A stretch of 64,000 bases of DNA, taken from NCBI GenBank assembly GCA_963663275.1, contig OY760183.1:352001-416000 (forward strand), given 5' to 3'. Under the pieces are notes generated by a model. It had not been told where the DNA came from. It saw only the letters and a program-made list of their open reading frames with translations, and ran no database searches. Position numbers and translations under genes: made by a program. Below are positions 46,750 to 56,969 of the stretch, in pieces; position 1 is the first letter of the stretch, and each line of letters starts with the position of its first letter. This DNA is from Chloroflexota bacterium. GTDB taxonomy: Bacteria; Chloroflexota; UBA11872; VXOZ01.

Positions 46750-48108
46750 ATGAGCGCGACATCCGAACAGCCGGACGTTGAGGCATCGCCGGAGGACGCC
46801 ATTGCCGCGCCCAGCGGCATCGTCGCCCTCATCGGGCGGCCGAACGTAGGCAAGTCGAGCCTCTTCAACCGACTGCTGGGGCGGCGCCAGGCCGTAGTGG
46901 AGGACGTCCCCGGCACCACCCGCGACCGCGTCTACGGCGTGGTGGAGTGGCAAGACCGCGCCTTTTCCCTCACCGACACCGGCGGCATTGCCGAAGAGCG
47001 CGACGAACTGGCCGAATCCGTGTACGGGCAGGTGCAAGCGGCCATCGCGGAGGCCAACGTCATCGTCTTGGTGGTGGATACGCCCGCCGGCATCACGCCG
47101 CAGGACGAGGAGATCGCCGCGCTCCTGCGCAACACGCGCAAGCCCGTGGTCGTCGCCGCCAACAAAGCCGACAACCGGCAGACGCATCTGCAAACCTACG
47201 AGTTCTACGCACTGGGCGTCGGCGACGTGGTCTCGCTCTCGGCGCTGCACGGCCTGGGCACCGGGGATCTGCTGGACGCCGTCTGCGCCCACCTGCCGCA
47301 AGCGGCAGCGGCGGACGCCACCGAGGCGCTGCCCCAGTTCGCGATCGTCGGCAGGCCGAACGTCGGCAAGTCGGCCCTGCTCAACGCCATGCTCGGCGAC
47401 GAACGCACGATCGTCAGCGACGTGCCCGGCACCACCCGGGACGCCATCGACACCGTGGTGACCTACGACGACGAGACCGCCGTCCTCATCGACACGGCCG
47501 GCATCCGGCGGCGGGGCAAAGTGCAGCGGGGCGTGGAATCCCATAGCGTGCTGCGCACCCTGCGCGCGCTCGACCGCTGCAACGTGGCCCTGCTGGTGGT
47601 GGACGCCGCCGAGGGGCTGACGGCGCAGGACGTGCACATCGCCGGATACGTCAATGAAGCCTACAAGGGATTGGTGGTGGCGATCAACAAGTGGGATCTG
47701 GTCTCCGGGGACGCCGGCGAGGCGCAGCGCCTGGTGCGGCAGCGGCTCCGCTGGATGCCGCACGCGCCGTCGGTCGTCATCTCCGCCAAGACCGGCTTCC
47801 ACCTGGGGCGGGTGTTGCCCGCTGCCTTGCAGGTCTACGCCGAGCGCGGACGCCGCATTGCCACCGGCGCGCTCAACCGCGCGCTGCGCGCCTGGCTGGC
47901 CGACCGCACGCTCTCGTCCAGGCGGCGGCGGCTGAGCATCTACTACGCTACCCAGGCGAGCACCCATCCCCCGACCTTCGTCTTTTCCGTCAACGATCCC
48001 GCGCTGGCGCACTTTTCCCACCGCCGCTTCCTGGAGAACAACATCCGGCGGAGTTTCGGTTTCGACGGCACACCGCTCCGGCTGCTCTTCCACGACCATC
48101 ATGGCTGA
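46750..48108 (+). CDS. der: Ribosome biogenesis GTPase Der (EngA)
   Basis: Two GRPNVGKS / PGTTRD GTPase domains, C-terminal KH-like domain (PPTF...F.GTP). Confidence 0.97.
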   Translation: MSATSEQPDVEASPEDAIAAPSGIVALIGRPNVGKSSLFNRLLGRRQAVVEDVPGTTRDRVYGVVEWQDRAFSLTDTGGIAEERDELAESVYGQVQAAIAEANVIVLVVDTPAGITPQDEEIAALLRNTRKPVVVAANKADNRQTHLQTYEFYALGVGDVVSLSALHGLGTGDLLDAVCAHLPQAAAADATEALPQFAIVGRPNVGKSALLNAMLGDERTIVSDVPGTTRDAIDTVVTYDDETAVLIDTAGIRRRGKVQRGVESHSVLRTLRALDRCNVALLVVDAAEGLTAQDVHIAGYVNEAYKGLVVAINKWDLVSGDAGEAQRLVRQRLRWMPHAPSVVISAKTGFHLGRVLPAALQVYAERGRRIATGALNRALRAWLADRTLSSRRRRLSIYYATQASTHPPTFVFSVNDPALAHFSHRRFLENNIRRSFGFDGTPLRLLFHDHHG

Positions 48109-48727
48109 TCTGCTCTGGTACGCGCTCTTCATCGTCATCGGCTACCTGGCCGGGTCCATTCCCAGCGGGTGGCTGGTGGCGCGCGTCTTCCACCGCGCGG
48201 ACATCCGCGAGCACGGCAGCGGGCGCACCGGCTCCACCAACGTGTGGCGCACGTTCGGCGTGGCGGCCGGCATTGCGTCGTTCGTCGGCGATACGCTGAA
48301 AGTCATCCTGCCGCTGGTCGCCCTGCGGCTGGCGCTGCCCGGCAATCCGACCGGAGAGGTCATCACGGCGCTGGCGGCGATCCTGGGCCACAACTGGCCC
48401 GTGTTCATTGGCTTTCGCGGCGGCCGGGGAATCGTGCCGGGCGCGGCGGGCCTGGCCTTCATGGCGCCGCCGCTCATCGCCGTGCTGTGGGTGGTCTTCC
48501 TGCCGGTTATGTTCATCAGCCGCTACGTCTCCCTGGCGTCGCTCACCACCGTCGCCGCGGCCCCGGTTCTGATTGCCCTCGCCATGCTTTGGTTCCAGGT
48601 GCCCGTGGCGTATTTGGTCTACGCCGTGGTCGGCGGCGCGGTCATATTCGTGCAGCACCGCGACAACATTGCCCGGCTCATGGCGGGCACCGAGCGCCGC
48701 ATTTCGTTGAGCCGGAAGAACACGTAG
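48101..48727 (+). CDS. plsY: Glycerol-3-phosphate acyltransferase PlsY
   Basis: GYLAGSIP, DIREHGSG..G.TN, GHNWPVF.GFRGGRG, HRDNI.RL..GTE. Confidence 0.94.
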   Translation: MADLLWYALFIVIGYLAGSIPSGWLVARVFHRADIREHGSGRTGSTNVWRTFGVAAGIASFVGDTLKVILPLVALRLALPGNPTGEVITALAAILGHNWPVFIGFRGGRGIVPGAAGLAFMAPPLIAVLWVVFLPVMFISRYVSLASLTTVAAAPVLIALAMLWFQVPVAYLVYAVVGGAVIFVQHRDNIARLMAGTERRISLSRKNT

Positions 48728-48764
48728 CCGCCTATTGCCTTTTCGCCGCTGAGGAAGAGGAGCC

Positions 48765-49562
48765 GTGCCGCCAGCAAACGACCGCGCCGCAACGCCTGAG
48801 CAAGGTGACGACCGGCCGGGCGCATGGGAGGCCTCCGCCGCGGAGGTCACGATCACCGCGCTCCGGCCACGGGGCGCGAAGGCGCACTCCTTTACGGTGG
48901 AACTGAGCAATGGCGAAGACCTGCGCCTGCGGGCGGAGACCGTGGCCGCGCGCGGGCTCAACGTGGGGGATTCTGTGGACACCGCCGCCGTGGCCGCCTG
49001 GCAACGGGACGACGACAACCGGCGCGCCGTGGAAGCCGGCCTCACTTTCATCTCCTACCGGCCCCGCAGCGCCAAGGAAATCACCGACCACCTGCGCAAG
49101 AAAGCCTTCGACGACGACGCCCGCGACCATGCGATCCAACGTCTCACGGCGTTAGGCTACGTGGACGACGCGGCGTTCGCCCGCTTCTGGGTGGAAAGCC
49201 GCGACACGCACAGGCCCAAGGGACGGCGGGCGCTGGCGTGGGAACTGCGCCAAAAGGGCGTGGCCGACGCGCTTATCGAAGACGCGCTGGCGCGCTTCGG
49301 CGGCGACGAGGCGGCGCTGGCGGAAAAAGTCGCCCGCAAGCGCGCGGCAACGCTGAAGACCGCTGATCCGTTCACGTTTCGCCGGCAGCTTGGCGCGTTT
49401 CTCGCCCGCCGGGGCTTCGGCTACGAGATTACCGAGCAGGTGGTGAACGAGATCTGGGAGGAACGGCGCGCCGGCCTTGAGCAAGCAGGCTTCGCGGAAG
49501 CAAGCGACGCGCAAGCCGACGGCGCTCCCTACGATGACGATGACGCTTTGCATAGGGTTTGA
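48765..49562 (+). CDS. recX: Regulatory protein RecX
   Basis: YRPRS..E, GYVDD..FA..WV, ELRQKG, FLARRGF. Confidence 0.9.
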   Translation: MPPANDRAATPEQGDDRPGAWEASAAEVTITALRPRGAKAHSFTVELSNGEDLRLRAETVAARGLNVGDSVDTAAVAAWQRDDDNRRAVEAGLTFISYRPRSAKEITDHLRKKAFDDDARDHAIQRLTALGYVDDAAFARFWVESRDTHRPKGRRALAWELRQKGVADALIEDALARFGGDEAALAEKVARKRAATLKTADPFTFRRQLGAFLARRGFGYEITEQVVNEIWEERRAGLEQAGFAEASDAQADGAPYDDDDALHRV

Positions 49563-49623
49563 AGTGCGACCCCGCAACCTCGTATGATGGGTACAACCGG
49601 AGCCGCAGCAAAGGAGAGCGGAC

Positions 49624-50172
49624 ATGGCAAGTTCAGCGCCCACAGTCAAACTGACGTATGCGGACTACTGCAAAACGCCGGACGACGAGCGCTACGAGTT
49701 GTTGGATGGAGAGTTATTCGTGACCCCAGCGCCCAGAGAAGTCCATCAAAGAGTTTCGCGAAACCTAACCGCTCTGCTTTGGCAGTTGGCTAAAGAGTCC
49801 GGCGCGGGCGAAATCTATGCCGCTCCTTTCGACATCGTGCTGTCAGACACCAACGTCGTGCAGCCCGATCTGACATTCGTCTCCAGCGAGCGCGCCCACA
49901 TCATTACCGAGGCGAACGTGCAGGGCGCTCCCGACCTCGTGATCGAAATTCTCTCTCCCTCCACCGCCGACCGGGATATCACCGTCAAGCGCGAGATCTA
50001 CGCCAGGCACGGCGTGAAGGAGTACTGGATCGTGGACACCGACGCCAAGACGGTGACGGTGCTCTTGCGGGATTCCCAGGAGTTTGCGCTGGTAGGCGTG
50101 TGCGGCGAAGGCCAAACCCTGGATTCACCGACGCTTAGGGGATTTACGATCGACCCAGGTGAGATCTTCTAG
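49624..50172 (+). CDS. Uma2-family (DUF820) endonuclease, copy 1
   Basis: RYELLDG, P.P...HQ, QPDL, GAPDLVIEILSPST, GVKEYWIVD; 182 aa. Confidence 0.92.
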   Translation: MASSAPTVKLTYADYCKTPDDERYELLDGELFVTPAPREVHQRVSRNLTALLWQLAKESGAGEIYAAPFDIVLSDTNVVQPDLTFVSSERAHIITEANVQGAPDLVIEILSPSTADRDITVKREIYARHGVKEYWIVDTDAKTVTVLLRDSQEFALVGVCGEGQTLDSPTLRGFTIDPGEIF

Positions 50173-50246
50173 CGCGTACACACTTCCACTACTACTGAGG
50201 CGACCCGCGCGCGCAGTGCGGCCGGCGCCGCAAGAGGACGGCAACC

Positions 50247-50795
50247 ATGGCTACCCCTACACCCGCTGTCAAGCTCACGTACGAGGATTACTGCAATACC
50301 CCGGACGACGAGCGTTATGAGCTATTGGGTGGAGACCTCGTCATGACCCCAGCGCCCGGAATGGCACATCAAAGAGTCTTGGTGAACCTTACCATTCTGC
50401 TAGGGCTGTCGGTTAGACGTACCGGTGTCGGCCACGTCTATATTGCGCCCTTCGACGTGGTACTTTCGGATACGAACGTGGTGCAGCCCGATCTGCTGTT
50501 CGTTTCCAACGAGCGCGCGCACATCATCACCGAGGCAAACGTGCAGGGCGCGCCAGACCTCGTGATCGAAATCCTCTCTCCCTCCACCGCCGACCGGGAC
50601 CTTACCGTCAAACGCGCGCTCTACGCCAAGCACGGCGTCCAGGAGTACTGGATTGTAGACATCGACGCCAGGACGGTGACGGTGCTGCTGCGGGATTCCC
50701 AGGAGTTTGCGCTGGTAGGCGTGTGCGGCGAAGGCCAAACCCTGGATTCACCGACGCTTAGGGGATTTACGATCGACCCAGGTGAGATCTTCTAG
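50247..50795 (+). CDS. Uma2-family endonuclease, copy 2
   Basis: Same motifs; 182 aa. Confidence 0.92.
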   Translation: MATPTPAVKLTYEDYCNTPDDERYELLGGDLVMTPAPGMAHQRVLVNLTILLGLSVRRTGVGHVYIAPFDVVLSDTNVVQPDLLFVSNERAHIITEANVQGAPDLVIEILSPSTADRDLTVKRALYAKHGVQEYWIVDIDARTVTVLLRDSQEFALVGVCGEGQTLDSPTLRGFTIDPGEIF

Positions 50796-50872
50796 CGCGT
50801 ACACACTTCCACTCTTGGGGACTGGAGCAGTCCTCTTGTAGAATGCGGTTGGCGATAGAAAGGGTGTCAACC

Positions 50873-51421
50873 ATGGCTAGCTCTACACCTGCTGTCAAGC
50901 TCACGTACGAGGACTACTGCAATACCCCGGACGACGAGCGCTATGAGCTATTGGATGGAGACCTTGTCATGACCCCAGCGCCCAGAGAGGTTCACCAAAG
51001 GGTCTTGATGAACTTCTCCTACCTGCTCTTTCAGGCCGTAACGCAAGCCAAGTCGGGCCGCGTCTACGCCGCGCCCTTCGATGTCGTGCTATCGGAAACG
51101 GACGTCGTGCAGCCGGACTTGCTATTCATCTCCAACGAGCGGGCACACGTCATTACCGAAGACAACGTCCAAGGCGCGCCGGACCTCGTGGTCGAAATCC
51201 TCTCTCCCTCCACCGCCGACCGGGATCTCACCGTCAAGCGCGAGATATACGCCAGGCACGGCGTCAAGGAGTACTGGATCGTGGACACCGACGCCAGGAC
51301 GGTGACAGTGCTGCTGCGGGATGCCGCAGGCTTTATCGAGATAGGCGTGTGCGCAAAAGGCCAAACCCTGGATTCACCAACCCTTAGTGAGTTTACGATC
51401 AACCCGGACGAAATCTTCTAG
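50873..51421 (+). CDS. Uma2-family endonuclease, copy 3
   Basis: Same motifs; 182 aa from ATG 50873. Confidence 0.92.
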   Translation: MASSTPAVKLTYEDYCNTPDDERYELLDGDLVMTPAPREVHQRVLMNFSYLLFQAVTQAKSGRVYAAPFDVVLSETDVVQPDLLFISNERAHVITEDNVQGAPDLVVEILSPSTADRDLTVKREIYARHGVKEYWIVDTDARTVTVLLRDAAGFIEIGVCAKGQTLDSPTLSEFTINPDEIF

Positions 51422-51492
51422 CGCGTGGACGTTTCCACTACCGAGGCGGCCCACTCACAGCCTGCTGCTTGCGCCGCGAGAGGACGACAACC

Positions 51493-52041
51493 ATGGCTAC
51501 CCCTTCACAAGCTATCAAGCTCACGTACGAGGACTACTGCAACACCCCGGACGACGAGCGCTACGAACTCCTGGATGGAGACCTGTTTATGACCCCTGCG
51601 CCGCGCGTAAGCCACCAGAAAGCGGTAATCAAGCTGGGCGCGCGCCTCTACTACTTTGTGGAGGAACGCGAACTGGGTGTCGTCTTGTCGTCTCCCTGCG
51701 ACGTAGTGCTGTCGGATACGGACGTTGTGCAACCGGACTTGCTGTTCGTCTCTAATGAGCGAGCACACATCATGACTGAGGAAAACTTCCAAGGCGCGCC
51801 CGATCTCGTCGTCGAGGTTCTTTCACCCTCCACCGCCGACCGGGATCTCACAGTCAAACGCGCGCTCTACGCCAAACACGGCGTCAAGGAGTACTGGATT
51901 GTAGACACCGACGCCAGGACGGTGACAGTGCTGCTGCGGGATTCCGCAGGCTTAATCGAGATAGGCGTGTGCGGTGCGGGCCAAACCCTGGATTCACCGA
52001 CACTTAGTGAGTTTACGATTAACCCGGACGAGATCTTCTAG
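51493..52041 (+). CDS. Uma2-family endonuclease, copy 4
   Basis: Same motifs; 182 aa from ATG 51493. Confidence 0.92.
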   Translation: MATPSQAIKLTYEDYCNTPDDERYELLDGDLFMTPAPRVSHQKAVIKLGARLYYFVEERELGVVLSSPCDVVLSDTDVVQPDLLFVSNERAHIMTEENFQGAPDLVVEVLSPSTADRDLTVKRALYAKHGVKEYWIVDTDARTVTVLLRDSAGLIEIGVCGAGQTLDSPTLSEFTINPDEIF

Positions 52042-52112
52042 CGCGTGGACGCTTTCACTACCGAGGCGGCCCACTTACAGCCTGCTGCCTGCGCCGCGAG
52101 AGGACGACAACC

Positions 52113-52661
52113 ATGGCTACCCCTTCACAAGCTATCAAGCTCACGTACGAGGACTACTGCAATACCCCGGACGATGAGCGCTATGAGTTGTTGGATGGAG
52201 AGTTATTCATGACGCCAGCGCCGCGCGTGCGCCACCAGAGAGCAATCAGAAAGCTGAGCGGGCAGCTTGACCTCTTTGTGGAGGAGCACACATTGGGGGA
52301 GATCTTCTTCTCTCCTTGCGACGTAGTGCTCTCAGAAACTGACGTCGTGCAACCCGACCTGCTGTTCGTCTCCAATGAGCGCGCGCACATCGTCACCGAA
52401 GACAACGTCCAAGGCGCGCCCGACCTCACGATCGAAGTCCTATCTCCCGCCACCGCCGACCGCGATCTCACCGGCAAACGCGCGCTCTACGCCAAACACG
52501 GCATCCAGGAGTACTGGATCGTGGACACCGACGCCAGGACAGTGACGGTCCTCTTGCTGGATGGCGCAAGCTTTGCGGAGATAGGCGTGTGCGCAGAAGG
52601 CCAAACCCTGGCCTCACCCACCCTGGCAGGATTCACAATCGACCCGGACACGATCTTCTAG
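52113..52661 (+). CDS. Uma2-family endonuclease, copy 5
   Basis: Same motifs; 182 aa. Confidence 0.92.
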   Translation: MATPSQAIKLTYEDYCNTPDDERYELLDGELFMTPAPRVRHQRAIRKLSGQLDLFVEEHTLGEIFFSPCDVVLSETDVVQPDLLFVSNERAHIVTEDNVQGAPDLTIEVLSPATADRDLTGKRALYAKHGIQEYWIVDTDARTVTVLLLDGASFAEIGVCAEGQTLASPTLAGFTIDPDTIF

Positions 52662-52720
52662 CGTCAACGCCCCGCGGCTTGATGTCCATCGTGTGCGCCC
52701 CGTCGTGAGCAATGCCCGGT

Positions 52721-54235
52721 CTACGCTTCTCCCGCCGCCGCGGAACCGTCATCCGGCAGAGCGCCTTTCAAGGCCGGATACACGGCCAAAAACACCTCGC
52801 ATTGCCGCTCGTACACAGCGGCCAGGCTTTCATCCGGCGCGTAGGTCGCTTGGATTGGCGGCCGCCACGCGGCAAGCCGGTTCAGATCCGCCTTCCCGGC
52901 GGCAACGAACGCCAGCATAGCCGCCCCTTGCGCCGCGCCGTCGCCGCTCTCGCTGACGGCTAAGGAACGCCGCAGCACGTTCGCGAGCGTCTGCGCAACC
53001 GGCGGGAACGCCGCGCCGCCGGTGACCGTAAGCGGGGAAATCTCCACGCCCAGGCGCGTCTCCATCTCCCCAACCACGTTGCGCAGCGCGAACGCGATAC
53101 CCTCCACCACCGCCCGCGCCAGTTCGGGACGCCCGGCGTCCAGGTTCAAACCGGAGAAGGCCCCCCGCGCCTCGCGGTCCCACAGCGGCGCGCGCTCGCC
53201 CATCAGGTACGGCAGAAAGACCGCGCCGCCCGCCCCCGGGGCGCTCTCGCCGGCCAGTTTCACCAGTTCTTCAACAGAATCCAGCCCCAGGAGCGCCGCC
53301 GCCCAGCGCAGGGTCGCGCCGCCGGTCAACGTCGGCGCCACGTGCAGGTAGCGGCCCGGCAAGACGTGGCGGCGCGTATAGAAACGCGGGTCAGCCACCG
53401 GGCGCTCCGTGCAGACCGTAAACACGCCGGTTGTGCCCAGCGAGAGCAATCCCGCCCGCGGCGTTGACAGGCCCGCGCCCACCGCCGCCGCCTGCGCGTC
53501 CGCGCCGCCCATGGCGACGGGCGCGCCCGCCGGCACGCCCAACTCCGCCGCGGTCGCCGGGAGAACCTCACCAATTCTGGCCTCGCACGGTAGGTGCGGC
53601 GGCAGTTTCTCCGGTGGGATGCCCACCCGCCGGCACCAATCGTCCAGCCAGCGCGGCGGCTCGTCCAGCGCGAAAAGTCCCGTAAGCTGAGCGTTGGCCC
53701 AATCGATCCCAAAGGCGCCGGTGAGCCGGTGCGCCAGGTAGGTCGTCAGGGAGCCAAGATAGGCGCAGGCCGCCACCAGTTCGGGCCGCTGCTCCACCAG
53801 CCACGCCATGCTGCTCAGCGTCGTGCTGCCGCTCTCGACGCGCATGCCGGTGCGCTTGACGATGCTCGACTGGCTCTCGCCCGCCAGAATGCGCTCCACC
53901 TGCGGAACGCTGCGCTTATCTTCATAGATGATGCCGTTGCAGAGCGGCGTCCCGTCCGCCGCCAGCGGCGCCACCGACGGCGCGAGCGAGGTGAGGCCGA
54001 TACCCACAATGCGCCGGCGCGCGGCAGCGCCGGGCAGCGATGAAAGCGCCGCCTGGCAGGCGGCGGCCGCGCCTTCCCAGCAGCGGTAGAAGTCAATCTC
54101 CGCCCAGCCGGGCCGCGGGCGTTTGATTCGCGTGGGCGCGCTGCCCCGCGCCGCGACGCTCCCCGCGCGGTCGCAGAGGACTACCTTGGTCGCGGTGCTG
54201 CCGACGTCGATGCCAATGGCGTATTCAGGAGACAT
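52721..54235 (-). CDS. FGGY-family carbohydrate kinase (xylulokinase-like)
   Basis: IGIDVGSTATK, GGADAQ, SLGTTG, FLPYLMGERAP.WD, RAVVEG. Confidence 0.9.
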   Translation of the reverse strand: MSPEYAIGIDVGSTATKVVLCDRAGSVAARGSAPTRIKRPRPGWAEIDFYRCWEGAAAACQAALSSLPGAAARRRIVGIGLTSLAPSVAPLAADGTPLCNGIIYEDKRSVPQVERILAGESQSSIVKRTGMRVESGSTTLSSMAWLVEQRPELVAACAYLGSLTTYLAHRLTGAFGIDWANAQLTGLFALDEPPRWLDDWCRRVGIPPEKLPPHLPCEARIGEVLPATAAELGVPAGAPVAMGGADAQAAAVGAGLSTPRAGLLSLGTTGVFTVCTERPVADPRFYTRRHVLPGRYLHVAPTLTGGATLRWAAALLGLDSVEELVKLAGESAPGAGGAVFLPYLMGERAPLWDREARGAFSGLNLDAGRPELARAVVEGIAFALRNVVGEMETRLGVEISPLTVTGGAAFPPVAQTLANVLRRSLAVSESGDGAAQGAAMLAFVAAGKADLNRLAAWRPPIQATYAPDESLAAVYERQCEVFLAVYPALKGALPDDGSAAAGEA

Positions 54236-54374
54236 AACCACCACCAGCGGGGGTCGCTAAAGACACCACAGAAGACGAAGATGGATTCCGGCCTGCGCCG
54301 GTAAGACGGAGTCCGGCGGGCCATGCCCATGGCAATCACCCTGGCCTTGCCAGGCGGCGCCGCATCGTCAGACG

Positions 54375-55457
54375 CTAGCGCCGGATGCGCGCCGAGCCGC
54401 CGGCCGCGAACGCGCGCACGTCGTCCACCGTTGCCATCGTGGTATCGCCGGGGAACGTCGTGATCAGCGCGCCGTGGGCCCAGCCCAGTTTCACGGCCTC
54501 CGCCGGTTCTTCACCGGTGATTATTCCGTAGATAAGCCCCGACGCGAAGCCGTCGCCGCCGCCGACGCGGTCGTACACGTCCAGTTCGGCGGTGGGCGCC
54601 AGGTGGGTCTCGCCGTTGATCCAGGCCACCGCGCTCCAGCTATGCCGGTTCGTCGAGTGCACCTCGCGCAGTGTGGTCGCCACGATCTTCACCTGCGGAA
54701 ACTGGGCCACCACCTGGCCGATCATGGCGCTGAACGCGCTGGGGTCCAGCTTGGAGGCCGCGGCCACCTCCGGGCCGGGTATGCCCAGACCCGTCTGCAG
54801 GTCTTCCTCATTGCCCACCAGCACGTCCACGTTCTCCACGATGCGCCGGTTCACCGCGCCGGCCTGGTCTTCACCGCCCCAGATCTCCCAGAGTTTGGCG
54901 CGAAAATTGAGGTCGTAGGAGACGATCGCGCCGGCCGCTTTGGCCGCCCGCATCCCCTCGATGATCACCTCCGACGTGGTGGGCGAGAGCGCCGCAAAGA
55001 TGCCGCCGCTGTGGAACCAGCGCACGCCGCCGGCGAAGATCGCCTCCCAATCGAAGTCGCCGGGCTTAAGTTGCGCCGCCGCCTCGTTGCAGCGGTTGTA
55101 GAAGACCACCGGCGCGCGCACGCCCTGGCCCCGGTCGCTGTAGACCGTCGCCATGTTCGGCCCGTTCACGCCGTTGTGTTCGAAGTGCTTGTAGAAGGGC
55201 GTGACCCCCATCGCCCGCACGCGCTCGGCAATCAGGTGGCCGATGGGATAATCGGCCATGGCGCTGACCACGCCGGTGTCCAGGCCGAAGCAATTGGCCA
55301 GGTTGGCCGCCGTATTGAATTCACCGCCGCTGACGTGAATCGCGCACGTGTTCGCTTTGCGGAAGGGAATGATCCCCGGATCGAGCCGGTGCACCAGCGC
55401 CCCCAGCGAAACGAAGTCGCGCTCCGCGTCCGCGTTGACTGTCAATCCGTAACCCAT
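54375..55457 (-). CDS. PfkB-family sugar kinase (2-keto-3-deoxygluconate kinase-like)
   Basis: GGEFN.A, SYDLNFR.KLW, GNEED, DRVGGGDGF. Confidence 0.88.
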   Translation of the reverse strand: MGYGLTVNADAERDFVSLGALVHRLDPGIIPFRKANTCAIHVSGGEFNTAANLANCFGLDTGVVSAMADYPIGHLIAERVRAMGVTPFYKHFEHNGVNGPNMATVYSDRGQGVRAPVVFYNRCNEAAAQLKPGDFDWEAIFAGGVRWFHSGGIFAALSPTTSEVIIEGMRAAKAAGAIVSYDLNFRAKLWEIWGGEDQAGAVNRRIVENVDVLVGNEEDLQTGLGIPGPEVAAASKLDPSAFSAMIGQVVAQFPQVKIVATTLREVHSTNRHSWSAVAWINGETHLAPTAELDVYDRVGGGDGFASGLIYGIITGEEPAEAVKLGWAHGALITTFPGDTTMATVDDVRAFAAGGSARIRR

Positions 55458-55637
55458 CTCGCGCTCCTTTCCCTGCTATCGTCCCTCGATGACCGGCGCC
55501 GTATCCCGCAACCCCCGCAGTCCCACAACTCCGGTTGACCTACTACTACTCCCGTAGTCCTACTACTCCGGTAGTCCCTCAAGTCCGGTTCTCCTTCAAG
55601 TCCGATTTTGCCAAAACTCCGGTTGTCCCTCATATCC

Positions 55638-55872
55638 GGTAGCGCAGGTTTGCAACCTGCGTCCGCCACCGGCCCGGCCGCAATTTCGCGCCCTCCGGCG
55701 GGCGGAAAAGCCCCCAAAGCTGCCGCTCAAAACCCATGAGCACTGTACTACCCGTTCGTGCTGAGCCTGTCGAAGTATGAACGGGTAGCGCAGGTTTGCA
55801 ACCTGCGTCTTCCTCCGGCCCGGCCGCACTTCCCTGTCTTCCGGTAACGCAGGTTTGTAACCTGCGTCTTCC
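55638..55872 (+). repeat. REP-B copies plus a class H repeat
   Basis: Three GGTA(G/A)CGCAGGTTTG.AACCTGCG copies; CCGTTCGTGCTGAGCCTGTCGAAG. Confidence 0.8.
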
Positions 55873-55890
55873 CCCGGCGTCACCAAAGCC

Positions 55891-56952
55891 TCACAGGCGG
55901 CCCGAAAGCGAAGGTATCCCCAAAGTCTCCGCCATAGCGTCCAGGTCTTCCACGATTTCGGTCGCGAAGGCGATGCCGTCACGCAGGAAGTTTGCTTTGC
56001 GCTCCAGTTCGATCTCGCCGGGCAGGTAGATGCGCTCCACCCCTTTGGCCTTATCGGCATGGCGCATCTGGCGGATTTGCGTATCCATGCGCCGTTTGAA
56101 CTCGTCCACGTCCATCATGTGGCCCACGTCCAGCGCCATGAAGAGTTGGCCCATAGCCTGCGGCGTATTGGGAATGCCGCCCCGGCGCACGTCCTGGCCG
56201 AAGAGCGCGCCCGTCAGCACGCCGCAGAGCGCGTCCAGCACCACCGCCAGGCCGTAGCCTTTCGGCCCGCCCACTGGCGCCATGAGCGTAGCGATGCTTG
56301 GGTCCGTCGTCGGTTCGCCGGTGTCCGTGAACGCCCAATCGGCGGGTATCGACTCGCCTTTGCGTTTAGCCAGCGCCACCTTGCCCGCCGCCACCACGCT
56401 CACCGCCATGTCCAGCATCAGCGGGCGTTCTTCATTTGCGGGAATGGCGTATGCGATCGGGGTGTTGCTCAAGCTGGGCGTCACGCCGCCCCAGGGCGCC
56501 ATCACCTGGATGCCATTAGTGGAGCAAAAGCCGATGGCGTCGTGGTCCAGCGCCCGCAGCGTGTAGAAGGCGGCCGCGCCAAAGTGGTTGCTCTCGCGCA
56601 CGCCCACCGCGCCGATGCCGAACTGCTTGGCTTTCGCGATTGCCAGGTCCATGGCCTGCGCGCCCGCCACCTGCCCCATGGCGTTGCGCGCGCTGATGAG
56701 CGCAATGGCCCCGCTGTCGCTCACCACTTCCGGCGCGGCGGTGGGGTCGATCGAACCCACCTGAATCCAGTTGGCGTAGAGCGGCAGAAAGTTGCTGCCG
56801 TGGGTAAACACGCCCGTCAGGTCGGCGTGCACCAACGACTCCGCCACCAACGCCGCGTCCGCCGGCCCCATGCCGACGCTGCCCAGCGCCTCAGCATCGA
56901 AAGCCTCCATCACCCCGGCCGGCACGCGCACGATTCCAGCTTCGTCCGACAT
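55891..56952 (-). CDS. Ldh_2-family (malate/L-lactate/sulfolactate/ureidoglycolate) dehydrogenase
   Basis: ADL.G..THG, SNHFG, LDMA.S, GGPKGYGL, YLPGE.E; AAGGGAG RBS before ATG 56952. Confidence 0.9.
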   Translation of the reverse strand: MSDEAGIVRVPAGVMEAFDAEALGSVGMGPADAALVAESLVHADLTGVFTHGSNFLPLYANWIQVGSIDPTAAPEVVSDSGAIALISARNAMGQVAGAQAMDLAIAKAKQFGIGAVGVRESNHFGAAAFYTLRALDHDAIGFCSTNGIQVMAPWGGVTPSLSNTPIAYAIPANEERPLMLDMAVSVVAAGKVALAKRKGESIPADWAFTDTGEPTTDPSIATLMAPVGGPKGYGLAVVLDALCGVLTGALFGQDVRRGGIPNTPQAMGQLFMALDVGHMMDVDEFKRRMDTQIRQMRHADKAKGVERIYLPGEIELERKANFLRDGIAFATEIVEDLDAMAETLGIPSLSGRL

Positions 56953-56969
56953 CGATTGGTCTCCCTTAA

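Noticed and set aside
49624-52661. Diversity-generating retroelement or integron as the source of Uma2 variation
   Set aside because: No reverse transcriptase, template repeat, integrase or attC-like hairpins in the window; the differences are not confined to adenines.
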